Of a stretch of 64,000 bases of DNA, positions 1 through 41,192 are shown piece by piece (position 1 is the stretch's first letter; every line of letters begins with the position of its first letter). The DNA lies in NCBI GenBank assembly GCA_020137815.1, contig CM035361.1, positions 2,852,001 through 2,916,000 on the forward strand, given 5' to 3'. A program made the position numbers and the translations under genes. The DNA is from Hormiphora californensis. Its lineage: Eukaryota; Animalia; Ctenophora. The notes under the pieces are model-generated. The model was not told the origin of the DNA. It did no database searches and saw only the letters and a program-made list of their open reading frames with translations.

Positions 1-328
1 GTAAAGACTGTGTAAACTCTGTGTAAATACTGAACTTTTTTAGGGATCCCTATTATAAAAAACTTCGTTCGATATTTTGGCATATAAATATATATGCTAA
101 AGAAAGGGGGCTGGAGCAAATCACGCGCAGGGACATGGCAGCGCTGTTCAGTTTTGGATAAAGAGTGCAAGGTGGGTGCACCAAATGAAATTTTTTTGAA
201 ATTAAAAAGTTGAAAAGTTCTCAAATTTGAGAACTTTAAATTTCTCAAATTTCAAGATTTGTAAAAGCGCGACTAAAACACACGACGCGCGGCTCAAAAT
301 GATAATCAAATTGCGCGCCAACAAAACG

Positions 329-625
329 TTGCATAAACGGCGCCGTTAACCTCGCCGTTCTTTGCGCGCGCGGCCGTTTGTTGCATAAACGGCGCCGTTC
401 CTCACCGTTAACGGAGTAGAACGGCGCCGTTTATGCAACAAACGGCGAGCGCGCGTTTACTAGGGACCCGTCCAAAGCCATTTCAAAAGCTATTTCAAAA
501 GCTATTTCAAAAGCTATTTCAAAAGCTATTTCAAAACTATTTCAAAAGCTATTTCAAAACTATTTCAAAAGCTATTTCAAAACTAAAATTTTTCTAAAAA
601 AATTTCAAAACTATTTCAAAACTAG
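329..625. repeat. Hairpin-forming TTGCATAAACGGCGCCGTT repeats followed by a 12-bp AAAAGCTATTTC minisatellite
   Basis: The motif occurs near 329 and 381, and inverted at ~420-439. Tandem (tttcaaaagcta)n runs over ~478-625. Confidence 0.7.
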
Positions 626-830
626 TTTGAACTTCGAATTACAAGTGATTTACAGGTTATTATGCATTTTTGCTATTAACTTGCAATTGTTCTAGGGTGA
701 GCCATTTCTCCCACCACAGTATGACTCTTACCAGATGAACTCAATGTTCCTTTTTACTGATTACTTACCTTGTCACCCCCTTACCTTATTTTCATATTTT
801 GCTTGAAAAAAAAGAAAAAAGGTTACTTAC

Positions 831-1453
831 CAGATCAGACTCTTCCTCGTCTCCGCTCTCAGCAAGGGCACTATCCAGAGTATCCTCCATAATTTCACCC
901 GTCATATCCATCTTCGCATTCTCCCTCTCAAAGTCCTGCATGACCTTGGACATTTCCTGAAAAGAAGGAAGAATCTTCTGATGTTCTCCTATACATGGAA
1001 CTATCTGTTAGAAGATACTGATAGCAGACAGTTTAAATAGAAACGAACCTGCGGGTTCATCTGTTTGTTCATGGCTCCCATAACTCCAGCTGTGTTCTTC
1101 ATGGTCTGGCCATCTTCATGTTCGATTGCATCACTGTGGTCTTTGTTTTTGACTGCCCCAATCTGTCCTTTCATTCCCATCATTCGTGCCTTCTGCTTCC
1201 TGATGTTCACGAGCTGCTTTGCCAGGATCTAAAAAAATGTTTGAATATTAGTTAAAGAAGATAGGGAATGCACTAGGCAGCTTACAGTAGCGGTCTGGCG
1301 GTCCCCAGCTTTGGCAGCTTTCTTGATATCATTTTGGATTTGCAATTCCTGCCGTTGCAGCGCTCTCTGGTCTCTGTCGATGTCTCTCTGAGCGTGTGTC
1401 AACTCCCTCTGTTGGGCACGAATCTGCTTCTTTGGATCTTTCTTCCCGAACAT
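831..1453 (-). CDS. CHMP2B: ESCRT-III subunit CHMP2B-like (Snf7 family), 3' part not located
   Basis: Exons 1453-1286, 1228-1049 and 956-831 with GT-AG introns join to MFGKKDPKKQIRAQQRELTHAQRDIDRD...ILAKQLVNIRKQK...MNKQMNPQEMSKVMQDFERENAKMDMTGEIMEDTLD, a typical Vps2/CHMP2 sequence. A donor site follows at 830, but I could not identify later exons. Confidence 0.88.
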
Positions 1454-2709
1454 CGTTAAATCCGGGTAGAAAGAACGAATTTCAAGAAATTTTTCAGAAA
1501 TTCGTGCACAAATTTCGTAAAAAAAGTTTCACGAAAATTTGAAGTTCTCAGAAATCACATGCAGCGCAATACGGTATTTTTTCCGCGCGTTACCGTCAAA
1601 TGCATCGTGATGTTGAATTCTTTGAAATGAATAAAAAATAAAGTTTTGAAAAAACTGCAAGCTCAAAAAACAAATCTGAAAAATTAAAATCTTTAAAAAA
1701 TGAAAATGCTATCGATAAATTTTTTCGCAGCTAATTGGACGTGGAGACGACAGTTCTTGTTTTTAAGAACTTATTTAAATAACACTGAGCACCGGTGCTG
1801 TTCACCGTGCATCGGTATTCTGTTCAGCACTGAGTCGTACTGAAGAGCAGAGACGCTCAGATGTCGATCCTGTCGAAAAATTCCGACTAAAAAGGACCGG
1901 CAAATTCGACAAAAGTCTACATTTCGCCTTGGTGCTTGGGAGGAACGAAATTAGAGAAGACAGCTTGTTGATCGACTGAAGGAAATGGTGCAAAGGTCTC
2001 CTGGAAAACATAACTTCATTCGTGGGAAGGAGGTGCTGGAAGCACCAGGGACCGCTGAGAATTGAAATTAAATTTGTTGAGTTTCGAAGTTATGAGCGAG
2101 GAAAGGACAGTTGAGTTGAAAGGTGGTCATTTGTTTGATAGCCTCAATTATTTTTCAAATTTCTAGTTTAGCTTGGACTGCATACGAACAGTTACCGGGG
2201 AGGTTCTGTGAGCGGTACGAAGAATATGAAATATAAAATATTTTAGATAGCACGATGATGGGAATATAACCAGATGGAGTTTGAAAATAGCACCAGCTTT
2301 GAAGCTCTACTTCATCGGATGACCAACTACTGCAGATAAAGAAGGCGTATACAAACACCCTTTTTTTCATCTGTTTAGAATTCGCGGTAACCGGTATCTC
2401 ATCCTATTACTACCACTATTTCTGATGGAGTTATACCGTAGATTGGCACCATAATTGAAACACTGAGACAGAGCGTGTGTTCTCTTATTACTGCCCTGTC
2501 TCATTACCACCCAATACCTGTCAGTCGCAGTAACACTACTCGGCTCACTCCAGATGCGGTACATGTACAAGTTGGCCAGTTGCCATGTGGTATTTACTAT
2601 GGCATACCTTGGATCATTGCCGATCTGTACCCATTTCTAAGTTTTCGGATCATGATGATTGATGGTGGTACACATCAAATCCAATGCCAACCTTATTAGA
2701 TCTGCTGGA

Positions 2710-2784
2710 CAGTCGGACCCCGATATACCGGGATCATGCTCGCGGGAAAGGATTAGTGCCCGGTATATATCGGGGCCCGACTGT
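2710..2784. mobile_element. Tc1/mariner-type MITE (CAGTCGGACCCCG...CGGGGCCCGACTG-TA)
   Basis: Short terminal inverted repeats starting CAGT. Same family as 4078-4180, 30175-30241, 32724-32781, 35219-35361, 45740-45780, 48670-48692, 53570-53617 and 58585-58654. Confidence 0.7.
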
Positions 2785-2990
2785 AAAGTATCTACAAAAT
2801 ACTTGTCCCTGTCGTCCCACCCACCCCGTATGTTGCAAAGTGTAAACTCTAAAACCGATATACGCGATTGGGCACGTGATCCAAGGAGGTCCCCATGTGA
2901 CTGATTGCAGCACGTTAATTTTTCTGCTCTGCTTGCCTTCACTGCACTATTCATTACTACACGCAGAGAGCGAGTAGAGAGTTTTATGTG

Positions 2991-3004
2991 CTCTCTCTCT
3001 CTCT

Positions 3005-3085
<81 letters not shown>
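2991..3085 (+). repeat. (CT)n microsatellite
   Basis: Pure CT run. Similar runs at ~9160-9303, 15160-15245, 27881-28030, 49452-49553, 52330-52438 and 56258-56487. Confidence 0.95.
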
Positions 3086-3088
<3 letters not shown>

Positions 3089-3417
3089 ATCTCTCTGTTA
3101 AAAAACCTACCCATGCACGGTTGATTGCCACATTTTAAAGACAGCTCTCATGTGATATCATTCAACCGACACACATAATCTTACATGTGTGTGTAATCTG
3201 CTTGTCGAACAAAAAATAGATAAAAAGTGTGAAAGAGAGAGAAAGAGAGAGATGAATTGCAAAATAGAGCCTTGGAATCACACTTCGCTAACGGGATTTT
3301 ACTGGATCGACCAAATTTGTGTTACTCATGCGGTTAAAATCATGGATGGTAGATACCATCTGCATGATCTTGCCGCATGAATAACATCTGCATCTACAAT
3401 TCTCTACCCCTCTTCAG

Positions 3418-32567
<29,150 letters not shown>

Positions 32568-33041
32568 TAATCAGAGAGATACAGAGATGTTATTTATTGT
32601 TTTTTTAGATCCCCCATCAGCACTGGACTGTTATACACATTCATAGTATCAGAGAACGGTCCTCGTGATTATTTAATTGTGTGTGTGTTAGTAGGGGTGA
32701 ATAGGTCGGAACACTGGCAAGATAGTCGGACCCCGATTTACCGGGATGCTCGGGGGTTCCGGTAAATCGGGGTCCGACTGTACTGCAAACGTAGTATCTC
32801 GTGAACCCCAACCTAGTCAGTCCTACTAAACAGTATGTGAACGGGAGAGATTCTCCCGATAAAGAATATGCGTTTTTAGATGAAAAACTTTCGTACAAAC
32901 ATTTTTAATTATATATATATAATTATATATCACATTATACGGTATATGTGTACAGATTGTAAATAGTGAAGAGTGAGAAATTGAAAATTATAAGTGCGGA
33001 ACTGAGAATTAGAAAGAGAGCTAGAGGTCCAGTTATACTTA

Positions 33042-34067
33042 GGGGGGAGACACACTATGGGATGGTCGACCATCTAGCTTCGACCAGCTAAGTAACACAC
33101 ACTGTGGATGGACGTTCGAAGTTTGCGCGCACACTTCTACACTGGGGGCGTTCGGCGCTCGCGCCCAGCGACTGCGACACAAGATTTGCCATATTTTTAC
33201 ACACGGGTTTAGCTTGCCTTGTTCGACCCTCCCTCCAGGTTTGAACAATACAAGGTTTGGCGTTATGGGTGTTTGGGAATTTCGCCCGGGAATAATCCCT
33301 TCCTTTCCCTCCTCTCTCTAATACAACGATAAAGTATGAAAGTTTCACCCTCCGCCGAAACATTCCTAATTGATATTGTATTGGGTACAAAATAAATATT
33401 CTTTGATTAGATGGATTTATAACAAATTGAACGCAAAGTTCTAAGAAGACAGATCACAAACAATTGTTAACTTTCTGGACACTACTTATCGATCACAATA
33501 TATGTATGTAATATTCTCAAAGAGTTTTGTTCAAACCCATGGTAAAAAGAGTTCGTGATATCCTAATCTAACGATAATTATAGTCCTATAAATCTCAATT
33601 TACAGCAGCATCTTGTAGGGAATGCGGACAGTGACAGCTCCGTGTCTAACTTTAGTAGACGTAGTTAGTCGAATTCCGTTATATTATTATTATGGGAAAC
33701 GGGTCTAACGGCTGATTCAAGGCATCGATTTTAGATACACATATCTTGTAGATGGGATGATACTAATCGTCTAGAGAGGGTGTTGTAACCAGTACTCGGC
33801 ATAATCCTGGGAGGGGGAGGGAAGGTTAGTTAAAAGAGCGTCCAGTACCATGCTCCTTTTATAATTTGGTTTATCGACTATTCAAAAAGACAACCGTCTA
33901 GCTGAGAAAGAGACACAAATCATCTCTTCTGAGAAGGGATGATTTCAGTCTTCTCCGCTTCCTTCCTTATCTTAATGTGTCACATGGGGTGGGCCTCTAT
34001 CAGAAATGACAAGAATCGAGAATGGGCGTGTTAGTGAGGTTGGTGTGGCGTGGATCTGCGGTTTTCT
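33042..34067 (+). repeat. Left terminal inverted repeat (~1026 bp)
   Basis: Reverse complement of 41711-42736 apart from scattered substitutions and two small indels (~33366 and ~42119). Confidence 0.93.
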
Positions 34068-34520
34068 GCAAACGTTAAGTGAATATTAACAAAACTAGAG
34101 CATTTATAGAAAACGGCAGAGCTAGAAATGGTACCCGGTCTGTTGGCCTAACTGGACGCTTGGCCTAATAAGTTGTACCTAAAATTTCGGTCGCTTGGCC
34201 TTAAAGTTTTTTCAATTTGTTTTTAGGCCATGCGTCATAACCACGTAACACGATATGTCTAGAGGATGGCCCAGTTAGAGGGGTCATGAGGTCATTGGGA
34301 GTAACTAACATTGAGAGTAATATATTACAATATATTGTAATAGCGGGTCTAGAGGGTCAATCAACCAAAAGACTAAGCAATACTGCTAAATTGATTATTC
34401 AGAAAACTCACCAAAAAATGATCCTTAAAAGTCAGTTCTGTTGACTAAATACACAAACGTGACCTGTGAGATTACAAAAGTTAGAAAGGGGGAATAAAAG
34501 AGTGCGATAATGGGAAGGAC

Positions 34521-34875
34521 GGGGGCGGTTCCTAAATAATATAGGGACCGGACCGACTAGGAAATTCATACCGGGATCGGTCCGGTCCCTAAATAATCTT
34601 AATCGGTCCGGTCCGGTCCGGTCCCTAAACCTAGAATAGGTCCTTAAATCCCAAAATCGGTCCATAAATAATCGGTCCCTAAAGAGTCGGTCCCTAAACC
34701 GTTATTTAGGGACCGATTTTTGGATTGAAAGACCGATTTTGGGATTTAAGGACCAGTTTAGGGACCGATTATTTAGGAACCAGACGGGACCGATTATTAA
34801 GGGACCGGGCTGGACCGGACCGACTAGCGAAGTCATTCCGGGTTTTTAAGTGATCGGCCACTGGCCAGCCCCCCA
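34521..34875. repeat. GGACCG/TAGGGACC-rich palindromic block (MITE-like or subterminal)
   Basis: Dense TTTAGGGACCG/CGGTCCCTAAA motifs in both orientations. A related block lies at 40876-41192. Confidence 0.7.
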
Positions 34876-35668
34876 TAATTATAATAGGGAATGTGAAACA
34901 GAGCTTATCAACAAGAACATTAATCGGTCTTATTAATTACTCACTTGACAGTTATTGGCATGGTACTACGGGCTCCAGCTCCATAATATTTCGAAACAAC
35001 AATATTTTGACCTGGAAAAATTGCGAATGTTAGTGGGAGGGCGAGAATGAGGCAGCCTAGCCACTTATGGTAGGTGGGTCTATAATAAGGGGCCTAGAAT
35101 TTAGCCATCGGTCATGGTTTCAATAGATTTCACTCAAGCTTTACAATTTATCAAAAAGAGCTCATATTTTTGACTGGACAAGTATGTAATCACTTTCAGT
35201 AAACCACTCAGTAGTCAGTACAGTCGTATCCCGATTTAGCGACATCCGTGGGATGTCGGTAAAACGGGGTAAAATGACGCTAAGTTCCCCTTGTCCTGGA
35301 TCACTAAATCAGGGCATCGGCTATCGCTAAATCGGGTGACGCTAAATCAAGATTTGACTGCAATTATCATCACTAGCGTGGATAACAATTTAATTTCCCC
35401 CGGACAGATTTTCAGCATATAAATGTATTGACCCCCCCCCCCCCCCCCCCCGAATTAGTCACTCACCTAGCCTAAGTGTCGCTGGTACTCTTCATACATA
35501 CAACCAATAGATACCGAAAACAACTTGTTACTTGACCTGGACAGATAAAAATGTCAAAACTGAGAGTGAGAGAGAGAGGAGAAAAACTGTACGAGTGGTC
35601 TCTACAATTGTCACATCAAGAGGCAAGAGAATGCCCCTACTCGTGTTACAGGCCAACTTACTTTTATG

Positions 35669-37528
35669 TTATTGCCTTTGAAGGCGGTCAATTCTCTCTT
35701 GCTGCTTCCGAGCCTCCCTCATTTCTGACGTCAGGTTAAATTTTTCAATCTGTTTACATTTTGACTTCTCCGTTTCTAACCATTCGCCAAAAATCCCAAC
35801 CATTTTCTCCCCGTTGTCAGCGATCTTCTCCAAAAGCTGTAGCTTAGTTCTGCTCCTTTCCTTTCCTCTAACTGATGGTTGTACCTCCTGATCCTTGGGT
35901 CCGGTCTTCACTCCAGGGGCAGAAGCGTACACCTTCTTGGTGGCTGCCTCCTTAGATTGGTGACACTTTAGGAATGTATCCCAATGGCCGAACCTCTCCT
36001 TCTGCCGCTCCCATTCTTCCGTCCCAGTCCCGGTATCGCTCCGTGCGTATAATGCCTCAAACGTTTGCCTCATGGAAGACAGCTTCGCCTTAATGGCAGA
36101 AGGCGTCCTTTTAGAACTCAGGTGTTCCTCAAGCTTTTCAGAAATAAGCTGTAACACCTTACCCTGCATATCCCCGTGCTTCTTGTCTAACATTTTTGCC
36201 TGCATATCCTCGTGAAAATAAATGGAAATGACAAGGTCTGTCTCATCCGGTGCCCAAAGCTCCCTCTTAGCAGTTTTGTCGCTTTTATTCTGTATCATTT
36301 TTCTGGTGGGGGTTCTCTGCCTCGCAATCTTTCGAGCAGGGATGTGGTCCGAATAACGAGAGGGACCAGCAGTATTGTCCTTTTTATTCTGTATTACTAG
36401 TTTCATTTTTCTGGTCGGGGTTCTATTCCTCGTAATCTTTCTAGCTGGGGTGGTGTTCGAATGTTGAGAGGTCTGTTGCTTGGTAAGGCGAGTTGGTGTG
36501 CCAAGAGCATCAGTGGACTCGTTGTGCTGGTCTAGTGGGTTATCTTGTTCTTCAGAACTCACAATCTTTTGACCTGGGGTGTGGTTCGAATATTGAGAAG
36601 TCTCTTCTTCCTGCTGTTGCTTGGTAAGGCGAGTTGGTGTGCCAAGAGCATCAGGGGACTCGTTGTGAAGGTCTAGTGAGTTATCTTGTTCTTCAGAACT
36701 CACAATCTTTTGACCTGGGGTGTGGTTCGAATATTGAGAAGTCTCTTCTTCCTGCTGTTGCTTGGTAAGGCGAGTTGGTGTGCCAAGAGCATCAGGGGAC
36801 TCGTTGTGAAGGTCTAGTGAGTTATCTTGTTCTTCAGAACTCACAATCTTTTGACCAGGGGTGTGGTTCGAATATTGAGAAGTCTCTTCTTCCTGCTGTT
36901 GCTTGGTAAGGCGAGTTGGTGTACCAAGAGCATCAGTGGACTCGTTGTGAAGGTCTAGTGAGTTATCTTGTTCTTCAGAACTCACAATCTTTTGACCTGG
37001 GGTGTGGTTCGAATATTGAGAAGTCTCTTCTTCCTGCTGTTGCTTGGTAAGGCGAGTTGGTGTGCCAAGAGCATCAGTGGACTCGTTGTGCTGGTCTAGT
37101 GAGTTATCTTTTTCTGAACCTCTCGGGGTGGAATGTCGTTTTGGTGAACCTACACAAAATTTTTGGTGAGTCTCAATCGTCTTTGCCGGGATATCATTGC
37201 CGCATATGAAACAAGTAATAATCCTTTCAGGACAGATAGGATCGTGCTGTTTGATGTCATTAACTCGTGAAGTACAATGTCTGCATTTGATAAACTTGGG
37301 ATTGGCTTTGGGGTTTCGTACAACTTCTTTCCCTTTGGACGTCTGTTGGGCTTTAGAGGTACTGCCTTCTCTATTAATCTCTTGACTGGATCGCTTGGAA
37401 TGTAGTTCGTCCACTATTGATCTTCCAAGCGATAAGTACTTTCGATTAGCATCGAACGAAATCGAAAAGTTAGGTGGTGTCGACTGGTAGCGGGTTGATG
37501 GTGATGGTGAAATGTGTTTCCGCTTCAT
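35669..37528 (-). CDS. Harbinger ORF1: Myb/SANT-like (trihelix/MADF) DNA-binding protein with N-terminal zinc fingers and 47-aa tandem repeats
   Basis: 619-aa ORF. Contains CRHC..H...C and CFIC..H...C fingers, a trihelix-like segment (WAPDETDLVISIY...ISEKLEEHLSSKRTPSAIKAKLSSMRQTF) and a C-terminal coiled coil. Confidence 0.82.
   Translation of the reverse strand: MKRKHISPSPSTRYQSTPPNFSISFDANRKYLSLGRSIVDELHSKRSSQEINREGSTSKAQQTSKGKEVVRNPKANPKFIKCRHCTSRVNDIKQHDPICPERIITCFICGNDIPAKTIETHQKFCVGSPKRHSTPRGSEKDNSLDQHNESTDALGTPTRLTKQQQEEETSQYSNHTPGQKIVSSEEQDNSLDLHNESTDALGTPTRLTKQQQEEETSQYSNHTPGQKIVSSEEQDNSLDLHNESPDALGTPTRLTKQQQEEETSQYSNHTPGQKIVSSEEQDNSLDLHNESPDALGTPTRLTKQQQEEETSQYSNHTPGQKIVSSEEQDNPLDQHNESTDALGTPTRLTKQQTSQHSNTTPARKITRNRTPTRKMKLVIQNKKDNTAGPSRYSDHIPARKIARQRTPTRKMIQNKSDKTAKRELWAPDETDLVISIYFHEDMQAKMLDKKHGDMQGKVLQLISEKLEEHLSSKRTPSAIKAKLSSMRQTFEALYARSDTGTGTEEWERQKERFGHWDTFLKCHQSKEAATKKVYASAPGVKTGPKDQEVQPSVRGKERSRTKLQLLEKIADNGEKMVGIFGEWLETEKSKCKQIEKFNLTSEMREARKQQERIDRLQRQ
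36475..37110 (-). repeat. 141-bp coding minisatellite (~4.5 copies)
   Basis: DNSLD(Q/L)HNES(T/P)DALGTPTRLTKQQQEEETSQYSNHTPGQKIVSSEEQ repeated in frame. Confidence 0.95.
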
Positions 37529-39251
37529 CCTGGAAGATTAAACAATTACGTCAAGAACATACCAATTATACGCATTGAATAGGCACTCAGTACAATGCAG
37601 CAGTGTAATCTATGTATTGTATAAACTGAAGCTCGGGCAAGGGGAGGGCAAAGGGAGGGGTTTGGCAGATTCGGAGAACCTGGACAGAGGGGAGGGGTCA
37701 AAATGGAGAAAATTACGGACAGCCTTTTCGATTTGCCCCTTATTGACGTGTGTGGAATTAGTGGCGTGGTCGGACAAAATGAGGAGGCCCAAAAAAGTGA
37801 AGAGCTCATTTTTTACGAAACAACATTCCAACACCGGGCCCGGGGGCCAACATTAAAATCTGGGTAACTTGGAAGGTGCTGAAATCTTATTTTTGAATGG
37901 TTAGGGCCGTTTTTAGGGTTATGGTTAGGGTGTTAGGGTAGGGTTAGGGCTTGAGCTAGGCTTCTTAATGGTTTTTGAATTAGCCAAAACGGTTTAGTTC
38001 AATTCAATTCAAAATAACATTTATATCCCGCTTTCAAAAAATTGTGGAAGGAACACGTGCGCGGGTGTACCATAGGTATATTGTGTTAGGACACGGAGAA
38101 AAGAGGTAGAGACACAATAAAGAATGGCTGCATAATTCACCACTCCTGGTACACCACGCACGTCCCTAGCGATTTATATCCCGCTTTTAAACATATTATC
38201 GTAAAAAAGATAACGCAAAAGTTTTTTTTGTTTTCAGTTCTTAATTTATTGCGCGCTGCGCGTTTTTTTCTGCGCTGCATTCTTGGCTCCCCCAATACAA
38301 ATAAAGTGCGTTTCAAACGACTTGACCTGAGATTCCTGGAAATTCAGGATTTCCCCTTTGTAAATACACGCGCGATGCGCCAAATTCCAAGAATTACGGG
38401 TCAAGTCGCTTGAAACGGACTTTAAAAGGAAACAAAGGAAAATGAAATAAAAATTCGCTTCATTTTGTTTTTGGAACCATGTTCGGAGGGAACACTGCGC
38501 TCGGAAGAATGTGCAGTGGTGGCAGTAGGCTCTATCTCTCTTTCTCTCTCTGTTCGATCCCCCTAAGCACGACCTTAACTACTTTCGGCGTATGAACAGT
38601 GTTCATTAAACACGGGCACGCTACGTAAACTTCAATTGGTTGCTTTTCACGTCTATAGCACATGCTAGAACATAGTTTCAGGGTTGTATACGCGGTTTGT
38701 GGACCTTAAATTCGGACGCAAATAAAAGACAAGAAGACTGCTGACCAGTTGTCTCAATAATAAATTTATTATGGCATATTTCTAAGCCCTAAGGCCTGCC
38801 TCAGCCCCTGGAGCATGTCTGGTTCCCAGAACAGCAGTTGGTGTCAGCTCACTGTGCCTGTGTACATGGCCTGCCCGTCTTAGCCGCCTCGAACTGACCG
38901 TTTCCGATGCTCTAGGGACTATGTATCTTGCCTAAGACTTTAGAGTTGGAGACCTTGTCCCACCACCATGTAACATAAAGAGCCATACGGATCATTCTAC
39001 TGATCTAGGCATTGTAATTCTACTTGACCGAAAACAAAACCTCTAAATTTCTAAGCCAACTTAGTTTCAATTCCGAACGAAGTCAAACAACTTAAATTTT
39101 GGTTACCGTACAACTGTTTCATGGCCGGGACCAAGCCCAACTAATAACTACCAATCCTCAGCCATTGATGACTAACTTCACAAAGTTGGCTCAAGACTTG
39201 AACCGTCCTGTATATTAACTTCTTATTCTTTGATATAGATACTTTATTGCA

Positions 39252-40897
39252 ATGTCGGATACGGAATCCTCAGATTCAACGATAGAAGAAATTGCGGGCC
39301 GGATTTTGATGTCCGAACTGGGATCAAGTTGTGGTGTTATTCCTGGATTAGTCCAGATCCAATCAGATAATCTAGTTGAGTTTGTGGAGGACGTAAGAGA
39401 GGGCCACACCAAAGAGAAGTGGACTGAAAATAGACCGGACATGTGGCCTACAATAATGTCCTATTCGGATGAGAAGTTTCGTAAGAAATACAAAGTGCCC
39501 CGACCTTTATTCCATGAGCTTTCGGAGAAAATGCCAGATCATCAGGATACTACCTTTCGTCCTGCGACGAGCAAGGCGTTGAGGATGTGCATATGCCTGA
39601 GGTATCTAGCGACCGGGGACACAATTGAGACCATCGCTGACGCCCATGGCGTGGGAAGAAGCACTGCGGATGAGGCCCGTAACGAGGGTATAGCCGTGAT
39701 CAATCGAGCGCTAGCCTTTCCGTCCTTCAGCACCTCAGAGTTGCATGGGATTGTAGCAGATTTTGAGTCCAGGGGCCATTTTAAGGTTGGTTTCGGTAGT
39801 TGTTTGCTAATCTCTGAAAAATAATGAAACGATATCTAAGTGTTTGAACTTCGAACTATTACAATTGAGTCTTCAGCCTTAAAAATTCCGTTCAATTCTC
39901 AGGGTACGATCGGCTGCATTGACGGGACCCATGTTCCAATTAAAGTCCCAGATGAATTGAAAAGGGAATATTGGAATTATAAGGGCTTTACATCGCTAAT
40001 AATTTTGGGTAAGAAAATTTCTGCAAAGGTTCGTATAACAATGCCCAGTAACAGGACAAACTAGGACTATAATCATAATTAGCTGTCCCCCCCCCCCCCC
40101 CCCCCCCGAACCCCATTTCCATGCATAATATTCTTTTATCTGCTTCTAGATCTACCTTCTCACTAATCACTATCCCTTCTCAGGTATTTGTCGGCCCGAC
40201 TTGAGTTTTCTGTTTGCACATGTTGGGTCGCCTGGTAGCCGCGGAGATAAGGCAGTGTTCAACAAAACTGGACTAGGCCCCTATCTAGAGAAGACTTTGC
40301 CCGCTGCCTGGCACCTGTTAGGCGACTCAGCATTTCCACTGCGGACATGGTTGCAGATCCCTTACGAGCATTCCCTGACGCTTGCATCTGACGAGCGGCT
40401 ATTCAATTACAAGCTGTCTTCGACGAGAATGAGCATCGAGCGATGCTTTGGACTGTTAAAAAACAAGTGAGTGTTGAATTAATTTAATTCTTTTTTTGCT
40501 TTTAATGCATAAAAAGTGGCCGGGTATTTTCAACATTATAAGGGGGCTATCTAGCAGCGGTGACTTAGTTATATTCATTTCATATTTCAGGTTCAGATGC
40601 TTGTACCGCCAGCTACCATTCAATGAAATAGAATTTAGCGTTGATGTGGTGAGCGCTTGTTGCCGGCTCCACAACATGCTAATAGAGGGAACTATTTCTG
40701 ATGGCGTTGATAGTGACGACAGCAGCGATGATGACAGAGATGGTGAAGCGGGCCCTAGTAACAGCACGGCAACCGAGAGAAAGAAGGCACTCGTACTGGG
40801 AAAAAAGAAGAGGATGAGGATCACACAAACACTGGTAATAGTTTATTATTATAAAACTGTTTATACTTTATGTGGGGTGGGGGCGGTCGGTCCATAG
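39252..40897 (+). CDS. Harbinger/PIF DDE transposase (HARBI1-like, DDE_Tnp_4), 4 exons
   Basis: Exons 39252-39785, 39903-40008, 40184-40466 and 40591-~40897 join in phase. Motifs: HTH CLRYLATGD..IADAHGVGRST, GCIDGTHVPI, YWNYKGFTS, PGSRGD, LLGDSAFP, RMSIERCFGLLKNKFRCL and ACCRLHN. The exact 3' end is uncertain (possible donor at 40834). Confidence 0.93.
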
Positions 40898-41192
40898 ATT
40901 ATTTAGGGACCGGGCCGACTAGCGAAGTCAAGCCGCGAAAGGTGCGGTCTGGTCCGGTGCTGTCCCTAAATAGTATATAATCGGTTCGGTCGGGTCCCTA
41001 AATAATTTATCATTTATATAATTTAATATAAGGTACGGTTTAGGGACCGGACCGGACCGACTTTAAGGGACCGGACTGGACTTTTAGGGGCCGGACTGCT
41101 TTTAGGGGCCGGACTGGACCGGACATACTATTAAAGATTTGGGCCGGACCTAGTGGTGAATTTATGCCTTGTTTTAGAGACCGGCCGCCCCC
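40876..41192. repeat. GGACCG-rich palindromic block, second copy
   Basis: Same motifs as 34521-34875; ends CCGCCCCC. Confidence 0.7.

Noticed and set aside
33039-33390. Mirrored ORFs at 33039-33390 and 42406-42742, and identical 82-aa ORFs at 46126 and 46659
   Set aside because: By-products of the inverted repeats with no recognisable protein features.
36475-37110. 141-bp repeats as a possible CRISPR or ncRNA array
   Set aside because: The units are contiguous, spacerless and in frame within the 619-aa ORF.
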